Of a stretch of DNA of 64,000 nt, positions 44,738-54,964 are shown one piece after another. Below the pieces are notes generated by a model. The model was not told the DNA's origin and did no database searches. It worked only from the letters and a program-made list of their open reading frames with translations. The stretch's first letter is position 1. The number at the start of each line of letters is the position of its first letter. The position numbers were made by a program, and so were the translations under genes. The stretch spans positions 22,856 to 86,855 of the forward strand of contig JAFTMS010000023.1 of NCBI GenBank assembly GCA_017452265.1, read 5' to 3'. The stretch comes from Bacteroidales bacterium. Its GTDB lineage: Bacteria > Bacteroidota > Bacteroidia > Bacteroidales > UBA932.

Positions 44738-45463
44738 TTAAAAATAGCCGCCGTTGTTCACCATCTCGACTGCGGAGAAGCCTTCGTGCACCCAGCCCTT
44801 CATCTCACGCTCGTTGCGGTTGATCTCTTCGGCACGGGTGAGGACCTGATAGGCTATCGCACGAGGTATGCAGAGCACTCCGTCGATGTCTCCGAAAATC
44901 ACGTCGCCCGGCTTTATGAACACCTTACCTATACGCACAGGCACGTTGTAGCCGGTGATCTTTGTTCTTCCCAAGGAACCGTTCGAAGTGCGGTAGCGGT
45001 AGAATACAGGAAACTTCTGTGCGATGACCTGCCTTGTGTCACGAATTCCTCCGTTGACCACTGCCATTCTTGCACTACGGGCGATTGCCGATGCCGTCAT
45101 GATTTCGCCCCAGTGCGAGGCCTCTTCCTCATCGCCTGCATCCCATACCACGCAGCATTCCGCAGGCATATCATCAAGCATCTGCGCTCTGATGTCCATC
45201 TCACCGCCCACCGTCGGATCCGGATTCGACCTCACCGTGTAGGCGATGCCGGCCTTGCACATGCCTTTTTCAAGAGGCATTATGCTGATGGGAAGCGCCT
45301 GATCCATCAGGGTCATTTCCCTGAGCACATCATTGATTGCACCCGTGTAAAGGGCCTCGAACCTGTCGCAGAGTTCCTTTTCCGGAATAGGAAACTCCGT
45401 ACGGTCGATTCTGTCGAGCTTCTCTGTGAGAGCTTCGAGCTTCATAAGATTCTTCTTTGCCAT
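44738..45463 (-). CDS. RraA-family protein (HMG/CHA aldolase-like)
   Basis: WGEIM.......G..RD and I.PGD.I.GD.DGV..IP motifs. Confidence 0.85.
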   Translation of the reverse strand: MAKKNLMKLEALTEKLDRIDRTEFPIPEKELCDRFEALYTGAINDVLREMTLMDQALPISIMPLEKGMCKAGIAYTVRSNPDPTVGGEMDIRAQMLDDMPAECCVVWDAGDEEEASHWGEIMTASAIARSARMAVVNGGIRDTRQVIAQKFPVFYRYRTSNGSLGRTKITGYNVPVRIGKVFIKPGDVIFGDIDGVLCIPRAIAYQVLTRAEEINRNEREMKGWVHEGFSAVEMVNNGGYF

Positions 45464-47121
45464 TATTTATTTCTACGTTTCAGATATATTATCGTCATTA
45501 CGGCCGCACCCACAAGGCAGGCGACTCCGGCAAGGCAGCTGTACAGGCCTCCGTCCGTCTTTATGGTCGGTATGCTCATCACCACGAACAGGACACCTGC
45601 CGTTGCGAGCGAGAACACGAAGAGCCATACTATCGCATGTATGTATTCCGGTGCTATCTTAGGTTTGTCGGCCTCTGCTATAGGGGTGGAGATCAGTCTG
45701 AAGAAACTGTCCACTTCGGCATCCTTCCGTGCAGAACGCTTCTTCCATGACGGCATGAAGTAGACTGCGAAGCAGAGGGCGGATTCGATGAGGGTCGCCC
45801 ATTCCCACGACACGGCAGGAATGAGATTGAGGACGACACCGGAAATCACGCCGGTAAATATCGTGGCGATTGCTGCCGTGCTGTCCGGACGGCGTACAAG
45901 GATTCCCATGATGAGCGGAATGCCGAGCGGAATCGCAAGTATGCTGGAGAACAGCTTGTTTGCTTCGAACGCACCGCCGAAATTGCGGATGAGGATGGCG
46001 CCGCCGATCATGGTCAGTCCCACGATGAGGGTGCTGATGCGGGCCACGGAAAGGAGCTTCTTCTCGGAAGCGTTGCGGTTGAACAGCCTCTGGTATATGT
46101 CATGCGTGAGCACCGATGCCATCACGTTGTACTCGGCATTGAGCGAGGACATGGTAGCGGCGAACATCGATGAAAAGAGTATTCCCATGATTCCCACCGG
46201 CAGCAGCTTTATGGCCACGGAAACATATGACATCTCGGGATCCGCGATGCCGGGAACAATCAGAGGCGAGGCGACGGCCGGCATGAGGAACACAGGTGTG
46301 AACACAAGGAAGAGTATTCCCGTGACAACTCCCACCTTCATCGCTGCCTTCTCGTCGCGTACACAGAAGAACTTCTGGATGAAGGTCCAGTTCTCGTTGT
46401 ACTTCACAATCGTCATGAAGGCATATATGCCCAGCCAGAAAAGGTTGCCCTTCGGCCCGTTGAAGAAGTCCAGATGGCCCGGAAGCTTTTCCGCTATGCC
46501 TGCAAGGCCGCCCACTTCCGTCAGCGAGAGCGGAAGGAGGACCACTGTCACGAGTATGAGTATGATGAACTGCACCGTGCTCATTATCGTGACAGTCCAT
46601 ATGCCGCCGATGAGGTTGAAGACGGTCACGATGATGCCGGAGACCACAATCGACCATTCGAGCGACAGAGGCGTAACCACGGCGATGAAGACGCCTATGG
46701 CATAGAGGCGCACCATGTTGTCGAGCACGCGGAGGACGAGGCTCACCCATGTCATCGTCTGCTGCAGAGGCAGGTTGTAGCGCTGTTCAAGATACTCCAT
46801 AGGGGTCGTGCAGCCGGTTCTGCGCCAGCGCTTTCCAAACCATATGCCGCCTATGATGCAGGCCGGCACCGTCACCCAGAATACGGTTATCGATACCACT
46901 CCCCATTCGTATGCTATGCCGGCATATGCCACAAAGACGAATGTCGAGAAGAGTCCCATGAAATTGGTGATGGTGGCCATGACCCACGGGATGGTGCCGC
47001 CACCTTTGAAATAAGAGCCGCTGTCCTTTATGAACCAGCCGAAGGAAAGGCCGATGACGGCCATGAGGGCGACATAGACAGCCACCGACACATAGTCAAG
47101 ATTCTGAAGATGAAGTTCCAT
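45463..47121 (-). CDS. Sodium:solute symporter (SSS) family transporter
   Basis: YF.GG..IPW, EYLEQRY, IGG...V, FAATMSSL; multiple TM segments. Confidence 0.9.
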   Translation of the reverse strand: MELHLQNLDYVSVAVYVALMAVIGLSFGWFIKDSGSYFKGGGTIPWVMATITNFMGLFSTFVFVAYAGIAYEWGVVSITVFWVTVPACIIGGIWFGKRWRRTGCTTPMEYLEQRYNLPLQQTMTWVSLVLRVLDNMVRLYAIGVFIAVVTPLSLEWSIVVSGIIVTVFNLIGGIWTVTIMSTVQFIILILVTVVLLPLSLTEVGGLAGIAEKLPGHLDFFNGPKGNLFWLGIYAFMTIVKYNENWTFIQKFFCVRDEKAAMKVGVVTGILFLVFTPVFLMPAVASPLIVPGIADPEMSYVSVAIKLLPVGIMGILFSSMFAATMSSLNAEYNVMASVLTHDIYQRLFNRNASEKKLLSVARISTLIVGLTMIGGAILIRNFGGAFEANKLFSSILAIPLGIPLIMGILVRRPDSTAAIATIFTGVISGVVLNLIPAVSWEWATLIESALCFAVYFMPSWKKRSARKDAEVDSFFRLISTPIAEADKPKIAPEYIHAIVWLFVFSLATAGVLFVVMSIPTIKTDGGLYSCLAGVACLVGAAVMTIIYLKRRNK

Positions 47122-47122
47122 T

Positions 47123-48088
47123 TCAATAGTTTATCTTTAGTGTATCCATTATTCCTTTCAGATAGCCCACTCCGAAGAGGGTTCCGTTCATTCCGTAGCT
47201 CGGCGAGCTGTTGTCCTCCCCTGCCATCGTCGGCACGTGGTCGGAGCGGATGATTCCGTCGAATCCGACATCACGGTACACCTTCATCATGGCTGGCATG
47301 TCGGTCGGGCCGTTGTCGTGGAAGGTCTCATGGAAGTCCTCGGCCGTTCCCGCCACATCGCGCTGATGCACGAAGAAGATGCGGTCCTTCCATTCACGTA
47401 CGAGGTCGGCGACGGGAGCACCCATTGTCACGTAAGTGCCCTGACAGAAGGTGAGTCCGTGCGAAGGGCTGTCGCTCAGAGCCAGCATCCGGCGGATGTC
47501 GTCCGGACATGTGAATATGCGTGCGATGCCCTGAAGCGTGCTTACGGGAGGATCGTCCGGATGCAGGCCCATACGTACGCCGGCCTCTTCCGCCACAGGA
47601 ACCGCCTGCGAGACGAACCACTCGTAATTCTCCCACATGCGCTCTGCATACACTTCGCCATATTGAGTGAGAGGCAGCTGTCTTCCTGCCCAGGTGCTGA
47701 ACCCCGTCACAAGTGCTCCTCCCCTCTCCCTGACGTCCTTCGCCGTACGGAACCATCCCGTCGGCATGAAGTTGTAGCAGAGGGTGGTGATTCCGAGTTC
47801 ACCCATGTTACTGAGCATTCGGCAGTATTCCTCCATGTCTTTTTCACGTCCGGGCAGACCAAGCTTTATGCGCATCATGTCCATCTGGTCGCCTTCGAGG
47901 GCTATAAGCTCGAAACCATGGTCGGCGAATACCTGCCGGGCCGTCTTCAAAGTCTCGAAATCCGCTATGGTCTTCTTTCCTGTCAGCTCGGGAGCAAGCT
48001 TTGCGACTGCGTAGCGTATCCCCATCTGGGAGCAGAGCCGCCATTTCACATCCGGCGTGTCGCCGAAAAAGAGGTGTGCAAGTTTCAT
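47123..48088 (-). CDS. uxuA: Mannonate dehydratase (short form)
   Basis: LCYNFMP, LHPDDPP, GLTFC.G, FVH.R, F.ETFHD.G, RSDHVP, G.LF.VGYLKG. Confidence 0.88.
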   Translation of the reverse strand: MKLAHLFFGDTPDVKWRLCSQMGIRYAVAKLAPELTGKKTIADFETLKTARQVFADHGFELIALEGDQMDMMRIKLGLPGREKDMEEYCRMLSNMGELGITTLCYNFMPTGWFRTAKDVRERGGALVTGFSTWAGRQLPLTQYGEVYAERMWENYEWFVSQAVPVAEEAGVRMGLHPDDPPVSTLQGIARIFTCPDDIRRMLALSDSPSHGLTFCQGTYVTMGAPVADLVREWKDRIFFVHQRDVAGTAEDFHETFHDNGPTDMPAMMKVYRDVGFDGIIRSDHVPTMAGEDNSSPSYGMNGTLFGVGYLKGIMDTLKINY

Positions 48089-49299
48089 CTTTCAATATCT
48101 TCTTTAAGTCTGAGAAGGGCTTCGAGGAAATAATAGTCCGCATATGTCTCCGGCTTGTCCACGGAAGAATTGTGCGGAACCGAAGCGACGCTGTGCTTGA
48201 GCAGAAAGTAGTTGTTCTCCCCTTCCTCCGCCATGTACTGCGGCGAGCAGAGCGACGTGAGCATCTTTACGGCCGCTTCGCGATAGCGCTGCGACTTTGC
48301 TGCATCGTCCACATAGTCCTTCAGCTCCAGAAGCGCGGATGCCGCCACGGCTGCAGCGGATGCATCCCTCGGCTCGTCAGGAGCGCCTTCAGCATCGAAA
48401 TCCCAGTACGGAACGCTGTCCTCCGGCAGATTCTCATGACCTATGAAGAAATCCGCAGCCTTCACGGCCGTGTCCAGATATTTCTTCTCACCCGTGAAAC
48501 GGCAGCACATCGTGAAGCCGTACACCGCCCATGCCTGTCCGCGCGACCAGGCCGAAGAATCCGCCTTGCCCTGAGATGTCATGCGGGCGTCCACCTCGCC
48601 TGTCTCCGGATCATATGACACAAGATGAAAGGCACTTCCATCCTCCCTCATATGGTTCTTCATTGTCCTGTCCGCATGGCTGAGTGCAGGTCTGAGGTAT
48701 TTCTCGTCCCCGGTGAGCTTCCACGCCGTGAAAAGCAGGTCGAGATTCATCAGATTGTCGATTATCACCGGCCAGTGCGACGTGAACGAGCCGTCACGCG
48801 AAGTCCACTGATCCCATGAACGGATGACGCCGACAGTGTCCGAATAGCGTTCGAGCTGGGTGTCGGCCGAACATATCAGTACATTCTTATAGTATTCCGA
48901 AGGCGAATAGAGGTCCGCCTTGCCGAAGCTTGACATCATTATGAAGCCTATGTCGTGGTGGTGGCGCTGATATTTCTGGCATTCCAGAGCGCGGGTGACC
49001 TTTTCTGCCCTGGCCTTCCAGACAGGATCCTCCGTGTGGGCATATATCTGCCACAGCACGCCGGGATAGAAGCCGTTGGTCCAGTTCGCTCCTGTCTTGA
49101 GCGGTTCCGCACCGATGAGACGCGTCTCGCCCGAGTTGTTGACAGTCCTCGGATACATGGCGTAAGGGGTCGCTTCGTACATGCATTCATACTGGGCGGC
49201 CGCACGCTCGAAACCCCGGTTCACCAAGGGTTCATTCCTGTCGGCACAGCCGGTCATGGCCAGAACCGCCATGATCAATATCAAAATGGGCTTATTCAT
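48085..49299 (-). CDS. GH88 unsaturated glucuronyl hydrolase, lipoprotein
   Basis: WTNGFYPG.LW, HDIGF, VIIDNLMN, WSRGQAWA.YG, YWDF, DASAAA, YADYYFLEAL. Confidence 0.93.
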   Translation of the reverse strand: MNKPILILIMAVLAMTGCADRNEPLVNRGFERAAAQYECMYEATPYAMYPRTVNNSGETRLIGAEPLKTGANWTNGFYPGVLWQIYAHTEDPVWKARAEKVTRALECQKYQRHHHDIGFIMMSSFGKADLYSPSEYYKNVLICSADTQLERYSDTVGVIRSWDQWTSRDGSFTSHWPVIIDNLMNLDLLFTAWKLTGDEKYLRPALSHADRTMKNHMREDGSAFHLVSYDPETGEVDARMTSQGKADSSAWSRGQAWAVYGFTMCCRFTGEKKYLDTAVKAADFFIGHENLPEDSVPYWDFDAEGAPDEPRDASAAAVAASALLELKDYVDDAAKSQRYREAAVKMLTSLCSPQYMAEEGENNYFLLKHSVASVPHNSSVDKPETYADYYFLEALLRLKEDIER

Positions 49300-49340
49300 A
49301 CATTATTTATGTTGACTACATTTTGTTTTCTCGTTCAATA

Positions 49341-49370
49341 GTCTTACTTTTACATTGTAAAACTTAAGAC
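49341..49370. promoter_or_regulatory. Palindromic operator, core TTTTACA-T-TGTAAAA (putative IclR site)
   Basis: 15-bp palindrome at 49348-49362 flanked by gtctta/taagac in the 78-bp divergent gap. Confidence 0.6.
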
Positions 49371-49377
49371 TGCAATC

Positions 49378-50139
49378 ATGATACAGGTCATCAACAGGGC
49401 TCTGGACATCCTCGAATTCATTTCCAACAATCCGCAGAAGGAGCATTCGCTCGGCGAGATATCGGCATACACAGGTCTGAACAACGGCACCTGCGCCAAC
49501 ATCATCAAGACCCTTGTCAGCAGGAACTACCTGGAGCATCTCGGGCCGAAGAAAGGCTACAGGATGGGCATCATGCCGCTCATCATAACGGACAACGAGG
49601 CGTACATACATCTGCTCGCCAATGCCTGCCGTCCTCCGATGAACTCGCTCTGCGCAGAAATCAACGAGGCCGTCCTGCTCTCGGTAATCAGGAGCAACCG
49701 CCGCATCCTTGTGTATGAGGCCCAAAGCAACCACGAAATCCAGGTCCGCACGACACCGGAGCAGTCCGTCTACAAGGCGACGACCGCAAGAATGATAATC
49801 TCATCCTACAGCGAAGCCAGGCTCGACCGCATGATCGCCGAGGTCGGACTGCCGACCGAAGCCGAATGGCCTGAAGTGCATTCTGTCGAAGAACTTAAAG
49901 CGGAACTGGCGGAAATCCGTCAGAAAGGGTTCGTCATGGCGCGCAATGCCAGCGACGTGGTGAGCATGGCGGTGCCTGTGGAAATACATGGGAACATGGT
50001 GGCCTCAGTGGGCATCTACCTTCCCGGCAGCCGTTTCAGCGACGATCTCCGTGAACCTTACGCGGCAAAGCTGAGGGACTGCGCAAGAATCATCAATGAG
50101 ATAGGCCTGAAGAAGAACCTATTCGTAGAAGAACACTAA
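49378..50139 (+). CDS. IclR-family transcriptional regulator
   Basis: IQVINRALDILE...LGEIS..TGL...T..NI.KTL HTH; C-terminal EL.EIR.KG...SMAVPV. Confidence 0.92.
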   Translation: MIQVINRALDILEFISNNPQKEHSLGEISAYTGLNNGTCANIIKTLVSRNYLEHLGPKKGYRMGIMPLIITDNEAYIHLLANACRPPMNSLCAEINEAVLLSVIRSNRRILVYEAQSNHEIQVRTTPEQSVYKATTARMIISSYSEARLDRMIAEVGLPTEAEWPEVHSVEELKAELAEIRQKGFVMARNASDVVSMAVPVEIHGNMVASVGIYLPGSRFSDDLREPYAAKLRDCARIINEIGLKKNLFVEEH

Positions 50140-50661
50140 CGACTTGACCTTCGCCATGCTTTCATGGGTGGTCTGCACCCTGTAGACCATTCCCGGCACG
50201 GACTCCTTGAGCACCCATCTGTGCGTCCTCCCCTCTTCGGCAGTCTGAAGCGCCTTGCCTCCCGGCACGACGTTTCCTTCACCGTCGCATATGGCGAGAC
50301 GGCCTGCCGCACCGCTTCCCGACATCTTATAAACGACCTTCACCAGTCTTTTGCCCGGAACGGCCGGAGCTTCGATATAGTCTCCTGCAGCTCCTCCGAA
50401 CATAAGTCCGAGCTTCGAATTGAGGTACATCCCCTTTGTGGAAAGAGCAGCGACCTCAACCCCCTTCTTTGTCGTCAGCACGCCTTCATTGAAAGGGTTC
50501 TCCTTCGTCGGCTTCACTTCCTTGAAAGGCCACACGGACTTGGTATCCTCCGAATTTCTGAATGAGACTCTAATGACGGTCTGCTGCGCCGTCTTGTCCT
50601 CCTGTGCCCATGAGGCACCGGCCGAAACCGCAAGCAGGATGAGGACGGTGATGAATTTCAT
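50119..50661 (-). CDS. Exported protein resembling the C-terminal domain of the pilin-like protein
   Basis: Signal peptide MKFITVLILLAVSAGASWA; GDYIEAPAVPGKRLVKV; start uncertain (50661-50682). Confidence 0.65.
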   Translation of the reverse strand: MKFITVLILLAVSAGASWAQEDKTAQQTVIRVSFRNSEDTKSVWPFKEVKPTKENPFNEGVLTTKKGVEVAALSTKGMYLNSKLGLMFGGAAGDYIEAPAVPGKRLVKVVYKMSGSGAAGRLAICDGEGNVVPGGKALQTAEEGRTHRWVLKESVPGMVYRVQTTHESMAKVKSLVFFYE

Positions 50662-50825
50662 GATTCTGTCCATAGTTGTCATTAATTATTGTGGTATACG
50701 GAACAAATCTATATAATAAAATTTAACTTTAGTGCACATTTTTCAAAAAACTACACAAACCTTTGATATATTGCGCTATTTTTATACTTTTGCCAGCGCT
50801 TTGAAATCTTTATCCCTCTTTTGAA

Positions 50826-50840
50826 TTTTATAATATAAAA
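50826..50840. promoter_or_regulatory. Palindrome TTTTATA-A-TATAAAA, putative second IclR operator
   Basis: Lies between a TACTTTTG promoter element (~50785) and the GH2 ATG; similar to 49348-49362. Confidence 0.45.
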
Positions 50841-50852
50841 TATAATTCTATA

Positions 50853-53800
50853 ATGAAACGTACCATCCTTATCACTCTGCTCGGCTGCATGGCGCTGATG
50901 CAGGCGGCGGCCGCCCCCGAATGGCTCGACCCGGAGACCTTTGAAAGAAACCGATGCCGCATGACCACCACATTCAGGACAGACAGAAGCGACACGCTTT
51001 CCCTCAACGGTACATGGAAGTTCAACTTCAACGAAACCCCGCAGGGACGTCCGGAAGACTTCTGGAAAGAGGATTTCGACGACTCGTCGTGGGGCCGGAT
51101 CCCCGTTCCGGGGATATGGGAACTGAACGGATACGGAGACCCCGTATACACCAGCCGCAACTATGCATGGGAACGCAACTATGTGAACAACCCGCCATAT
51201 CCTCCGATGGAACGGAATCATGTGGGACAATACCGCCGCACGTTCGAGCTCGACGGCTCATGGAAGGGCGAGGACGTCTTCCTGAGCATCGGTTCGGCCA
51301 TATCGAACGTGTACGTCTGGGTGAACGGCAGGTTTGCCGGATACAGCGAGGACAGCAAGCTGGAGGCACGTTTCGACATCACGCGCCTCGTCCGTCCGGG
51401 GACAAACACGATAGCCCTGGAAATCTTCCGCTGGTGCGACGGCACCTACATGGAGGATCAGGACATGTGGAGGCTCAGCGGAATCGGACGCGACACCTAT
51501 ATATATACGCGCGGAAAGAAAAGGATTGAAGACGTACACGTGAGCGGTTCCGCTTCCGGAAAGGCTTCGTTCAGCGCGGAGGTGACCAAGGGAGTGACCG
51601 AAGTCACATTCAGCATCTGCGCCCCGGACGGGACATGGGTAGCCTCCGAGACGGTTTCAGCCGGTTCATCAGGGCAGGCCTGCGGCGAAGCCTTCATCAG
51701 TTCCCCTCAGCTCTGGAGCGCCGAGACACCCTCGCTGTACACGCTCGAAGTGACGGCCTCGGACAGGAAAGGGAAAATCGAGAGCACCATGATCGAGTTC
51801 GGATTCAGGGATGTCTGCGTCAGCGGAGGGCAGCTGCTCGTGAACGGGAAGCCCGTGCTGGTCAAGGGAGTCAACCGGCACGAGATGGGCACATGGAACG
51901 GCCCTGTGATGAGCGAAGAAGAGATGCTGCTGGACATACGCCGGATGAAGGAGCACAACATAAACGCAGTACGGTGCGCACACTATCCCGACGAGCCCCT
52001 ATGGTACTCGCTCTGCGACAGGTACGGTCTGTATGTCGTCGCCGAGGCGAACATAGAGACACACAGCATGGGATTCCTGGAAGAGAGCCTTTCGAACGAT
52101 CCGTCCTATGAGAAGGCCCATCTGGTCCGCGTGCAGAGGATGGTGGAAAGAGACCGCAACCACCCGTGCATCATCGCATGGAGCCTCGGAAACGAATCGG
52201 GACAGGGCCCGACGATGCAGAAATGCTACGACTCGATAAAGGCCGCCGACAGCACGCGTATCGTCCAATACCAGTTCGAGCAGGGCCTGTGCGAAGGTTT
52301 CTCCGACGTGTTCTGCCCGATGTACTATACCCATGATGAATGCCTTGCATATCTGCAGACCGACCCTTCAAGACCGCTCATCCAATGCGAATACGCCCAT
52401 GCCATGGGTAATTCCCTCGGCGGCTTCAAGGAATACTGGGACATGGTGCGGGAATGGCCGAAATTCCAGGGAGGCTTCGTGTGGGACTTCGCAGACCAGG
52501 GGCTGTATTGGGAGGTCGATGCGGAGAAATACGGCACAGACCACTGGTCCGCATACGGAGGCGACTTCAACACATACGACCCCACCCGCGCCACGACATC
52601 CTGCAACGGCCTTTTTGCCGCAGACAGGACACCTCAGCCGCACGCACGTGAATTCGCATACCAGTGCAGACCTGTACACACATCGGCCACGGACGCTCTC
52701 AACGGCAGGATAGAGGTCTACAACGAATATTTCTTCCGCGACCTTTCCGGTTTCCGCATGGATTGGGTCATAGAGGCGGACGGCAGGGCGGTACTGACCG
52801 GAAGCAGGGAACGCCTGGATGTGAAGCCGCAGGAAACGGTGAGCATGGAGCTGGGATACACAGCAGCGGACATCGCCGGAGCCATCGGATGCAGCGTCGG
52901 GGCACTTGCAGAGCATGACATATACCTGACCGTGCGGTACAGCCTGAAGAAGGCGGAGGGGATTCTTCCGGCAGGAACGGAACTGGCTTGCGACCAGATC
53001 TGCATGAACGAAGTTACGCCGGCTCCTTTGAAGAACGCTTCAGGACTTCCGGGATATTCGGAAGAGGGCGGCCTTGCCACATTCAGCGGCACGATGGCTT
53101 CCGAATGGAGCGGAGCTGTACGTCCTACCTCGTGGAAGGCAGTCTTCGACCCATCATGCGGAGCGCTCACAAGCTACCGGCTCGGGAACAAGGAGCTCCT
53201 GGCAGAACCGCTCATGCCGAATTTCATGCGCGGAATTACGGAGAACGACCTCGGCCCGGACATGGACAAGGCACAGGAGATCTGGAGGACAGCACAGTTC
53301 GAGGTGAGGGACTTCGCGGTGGCGCAGGGCGATTCCTGCGCGTACGTGAACGTCACGTTTGAACCCATAGGGGATGCAGCAGTCGTGGGGATGACATACA
53401 GGATATATGGAGACGGATGCATCATGGTAGAGGAAAGCCTCACCGATGCAGGCAGTCTCGACGAAGCCCCATGCCTGCCACGTTTCGGAATGCAGCTGGC
53501 AATGCCGGGAACATTCTCCAACCTCGACTTCTTCGGCCTCGGGCCTCACGAGAACTACTGCGACAGATACAGTTCGGCCCTGATGGGGCACTACAGGCAG
53601 CGCGTCGAAGAGCAGTACAACTACGGCTACGCACGTCCGCAGGAATCCGGCACGAAGACCCGCCTCAAATGGTGGAAGGTGACAGACGACAGGGGGACAG
53701 GATTCGAATTCACATCGGACGTACGCTTCTCCGCATCGGCCCTTCCGTTCAGCTCCGAGACACTTGACATCAAGGCATATCCGCTGAAGAGATACTGGTC

Positions 53801-54038
53801 GGACATCTATGACTTCGACACCCCGAGCGGGCGCCCGGACCATCAGGTGCACTCGCTTGAGCTTAAGGCCCTGGCGTGCGAAGGCAGACGCGCTCTCGGC
53901 CGGACATGGGTCTGCATCGACATGGCCCAGATGGGTGTCGGAGGCATCGACTCCTGGAAATCATGGCCTCTGACGCAGCACAGGATTCCCGCAGCTGAAT
54001 ACACGTTCCGTTTTATGATCCGTCCGCTCGTCCGATAG
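50853..54038 (+). CDS. GH2 beta-galactosidase (LacZ-type), exported
   Basis: SLNGTWKF, EDQDMWRLSGI.RD, KGVNRHE, WSLGNES, CEYAHAMGNS, GPHENY.DR, RPQE.G. Confidence 0.93.
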   Translation: MKRTILITLLGCMALMQAAAAPEWLDPETFERNRCRMTTTFRTDRSDTLSLNGTWKFNFNETPQGRPEDFWKEDFDDSSWGRIPVPGIWELNGYGDPVYTSRNYAWERNYVNNPPYPPMERNHVGQYRRTFELDGSWKGEDVFLSIGSAISNVYVWVNGRFAGYSEDSKLEARFDITRLVRPGTNTIALEIFRWCDGTYMEDQDMWRLSGIGRDTYIYTRGKKRIEDVHVSGSASGKASFSAEVTKGVTEVTFSICAPDGTWVASETVSAGSSGQACGEAFISSPQLWSAETPSLYTLEVTASDRKGKIESTMIEFGFRDVCVSGGQLLVNGKPVLVKGVNRHEMGTWNGPVMSEEEMLLDIRRMKEHNINAVRCAHYPDEPLWYSLCDRYGLYVVAEANIETHSMGFLEESLSNDPSYEKAHLVRVQRMVERDRNHPCIIAWSLGNESGQGPTMQKCYDSIKAADSTRIVQYQFEQGLCEGFSDVFCPMYYTHDECLAYLQTDPSRPLIQCEYAHAMGNSLGGFKEYWDMVREWPKFQGGFVWDFADQGLYWEVDAEKYGTDHWSAYGGDFNTYDPTRATTSCNGLFAADRTPQPHAREFAYQCRPVHTSATDALNGRIEVYNEYFFRDLSGFRMDWVIEADGRAVLTGSRERLDVKPQETVSMELGYTAADIAGAIGCSVGALAEHDIYLTVRYSLKKAEGILPAGTELACDQICMNEVTPAPLKNASGLPGYSEEGGLATFSGTMASEWSGAVRPTSWKAVFDPSCGALTSYRLGNKELLAEPLMPNFMRGITENDLGPDMDKAQEIWRTAQFEVRDFAVAQGDSCAYVNVTFEPIGDAAVVGMTYRIYGDGCIMVEESLTDAGSLDEAPCLPRFGMQLAMPGTFSNLDFFGLGPHENYCDRYSSALMGHYRQRVEEQYNYGYARPQESGTKTRLKWWKVTDDRGTGFEFTSDVRFSASALPFSSETLDIKAYPLKRYWSDIYDFDTPSGRPDHQVHSLELKALACEGRRALGRTWVCIDMAQMGVGGIDSWKSWPLTQHRIPAAEYTFRFMIRPLVR

Positions 54039-54099
54039 AGCTGCATCTGGAGTATTTTTTGTAACTTTGTCTGTTTTTATGCATATACGACAGACGAAG

Positions 54100-54945
54100 A
54101 TGAAGAAATTACTGGTTTCAATGGTTCTGACAGCGCTTTCCGTCGTTTCCTGGGGGCAGGCGCAGATAAATACGAAGAAGGTGAAGATCAGCGACTTCAC
54201 GCAGAAGATCACCAAGGTCGTGCTGACGGGAAACACCTTCGTGGACGTGAACTTCAAGGACGAGATTGCGGCCCGGTGGAGGATTTCGCCGTACGAGTTC
54301 TGCACCATGCAGGAGTTCGAGTCCCTCAAGGGCAGCGACCAATACTACTTCCTTCTCAACACGAAGGGGCAGTTCAAGGACGAGGCCTCGCCGGGCCTGA
54401 TGTTCCTCACGCTTGTGAAGGGCGGAGAAGGGGCTTCCAAGGGCATCAGCAGCATGCTTGAAGTGGTCTCCCTGCCGTATGCAGCCGCAGAGGACCCTTC
54501 GGGACGCGAATTCGTATTCCTGCCGGCAATGCTTGAGATCGTCCAGACGTATACGCTCGACTCGATGGAGAAGGACATCAACGCATACGGAGGCCTGACG
54601 AACTACTCAAAGAACATAGCCAGGGCGAAGGACATGACCATCGTGTTCGCAGAAGAGGATCTCGGAGGTCTCATAACCCCGGAAATACGGGAGAAGTGCT
54701 TCGACGAAGGCATCATATGCACGGATGTGAATACGGCGGACACATACATGGTGGACAATGCGCCAAATACGCTCGTAAGCTACATGGTGACGCCTACGGT
54801 TCCGGAAAGCGGCTCATACTGCTACAAGATGCTCATCGATGCGGAGAACTACCAGCTGTACTATTTTCACAGGCATCGCATCGGAAAGAAGCTCGGAGCA
54901 GGTTTCCTGCCGGAGGACATAAGGCGCATAACCGAGCGCAGGTAA
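54100..54945 (+). CDS. Hypothetical exported protein
   Basis: Signal peptide MKKLLVSMVLTALSVVSWG; host-like codon usage; TAACTTTG promoter element at 54062. Confidence 0.75.
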   Translation: MKKLLVSMVLTALSVVSWGQAQINTKKVKISDFTQKITKVVLTGNTFVDVNFKDEIAARWRISPYEFCTMQEFESLKGSDQYYFLLNTKGQFKDEASPGLMFLTLVKGGEGASKGISSMLEVVSLPYAAAEDPSGREFVFLPAMLEIVQTYTLDSMEKDINAYGGLTNYSKNIARAKDMTIVFAEEDLGGLITPEIREKCFDEGIICTDVNTADTYMVDNAPNTLVSYMVTPTVPESGSYCYKMLIDAENYQLYYFHRHRIGKKLGAGFLPEDIRRITERR

Positions 54946-54964
54946 TCATAGAAAGCGAAAGAGG

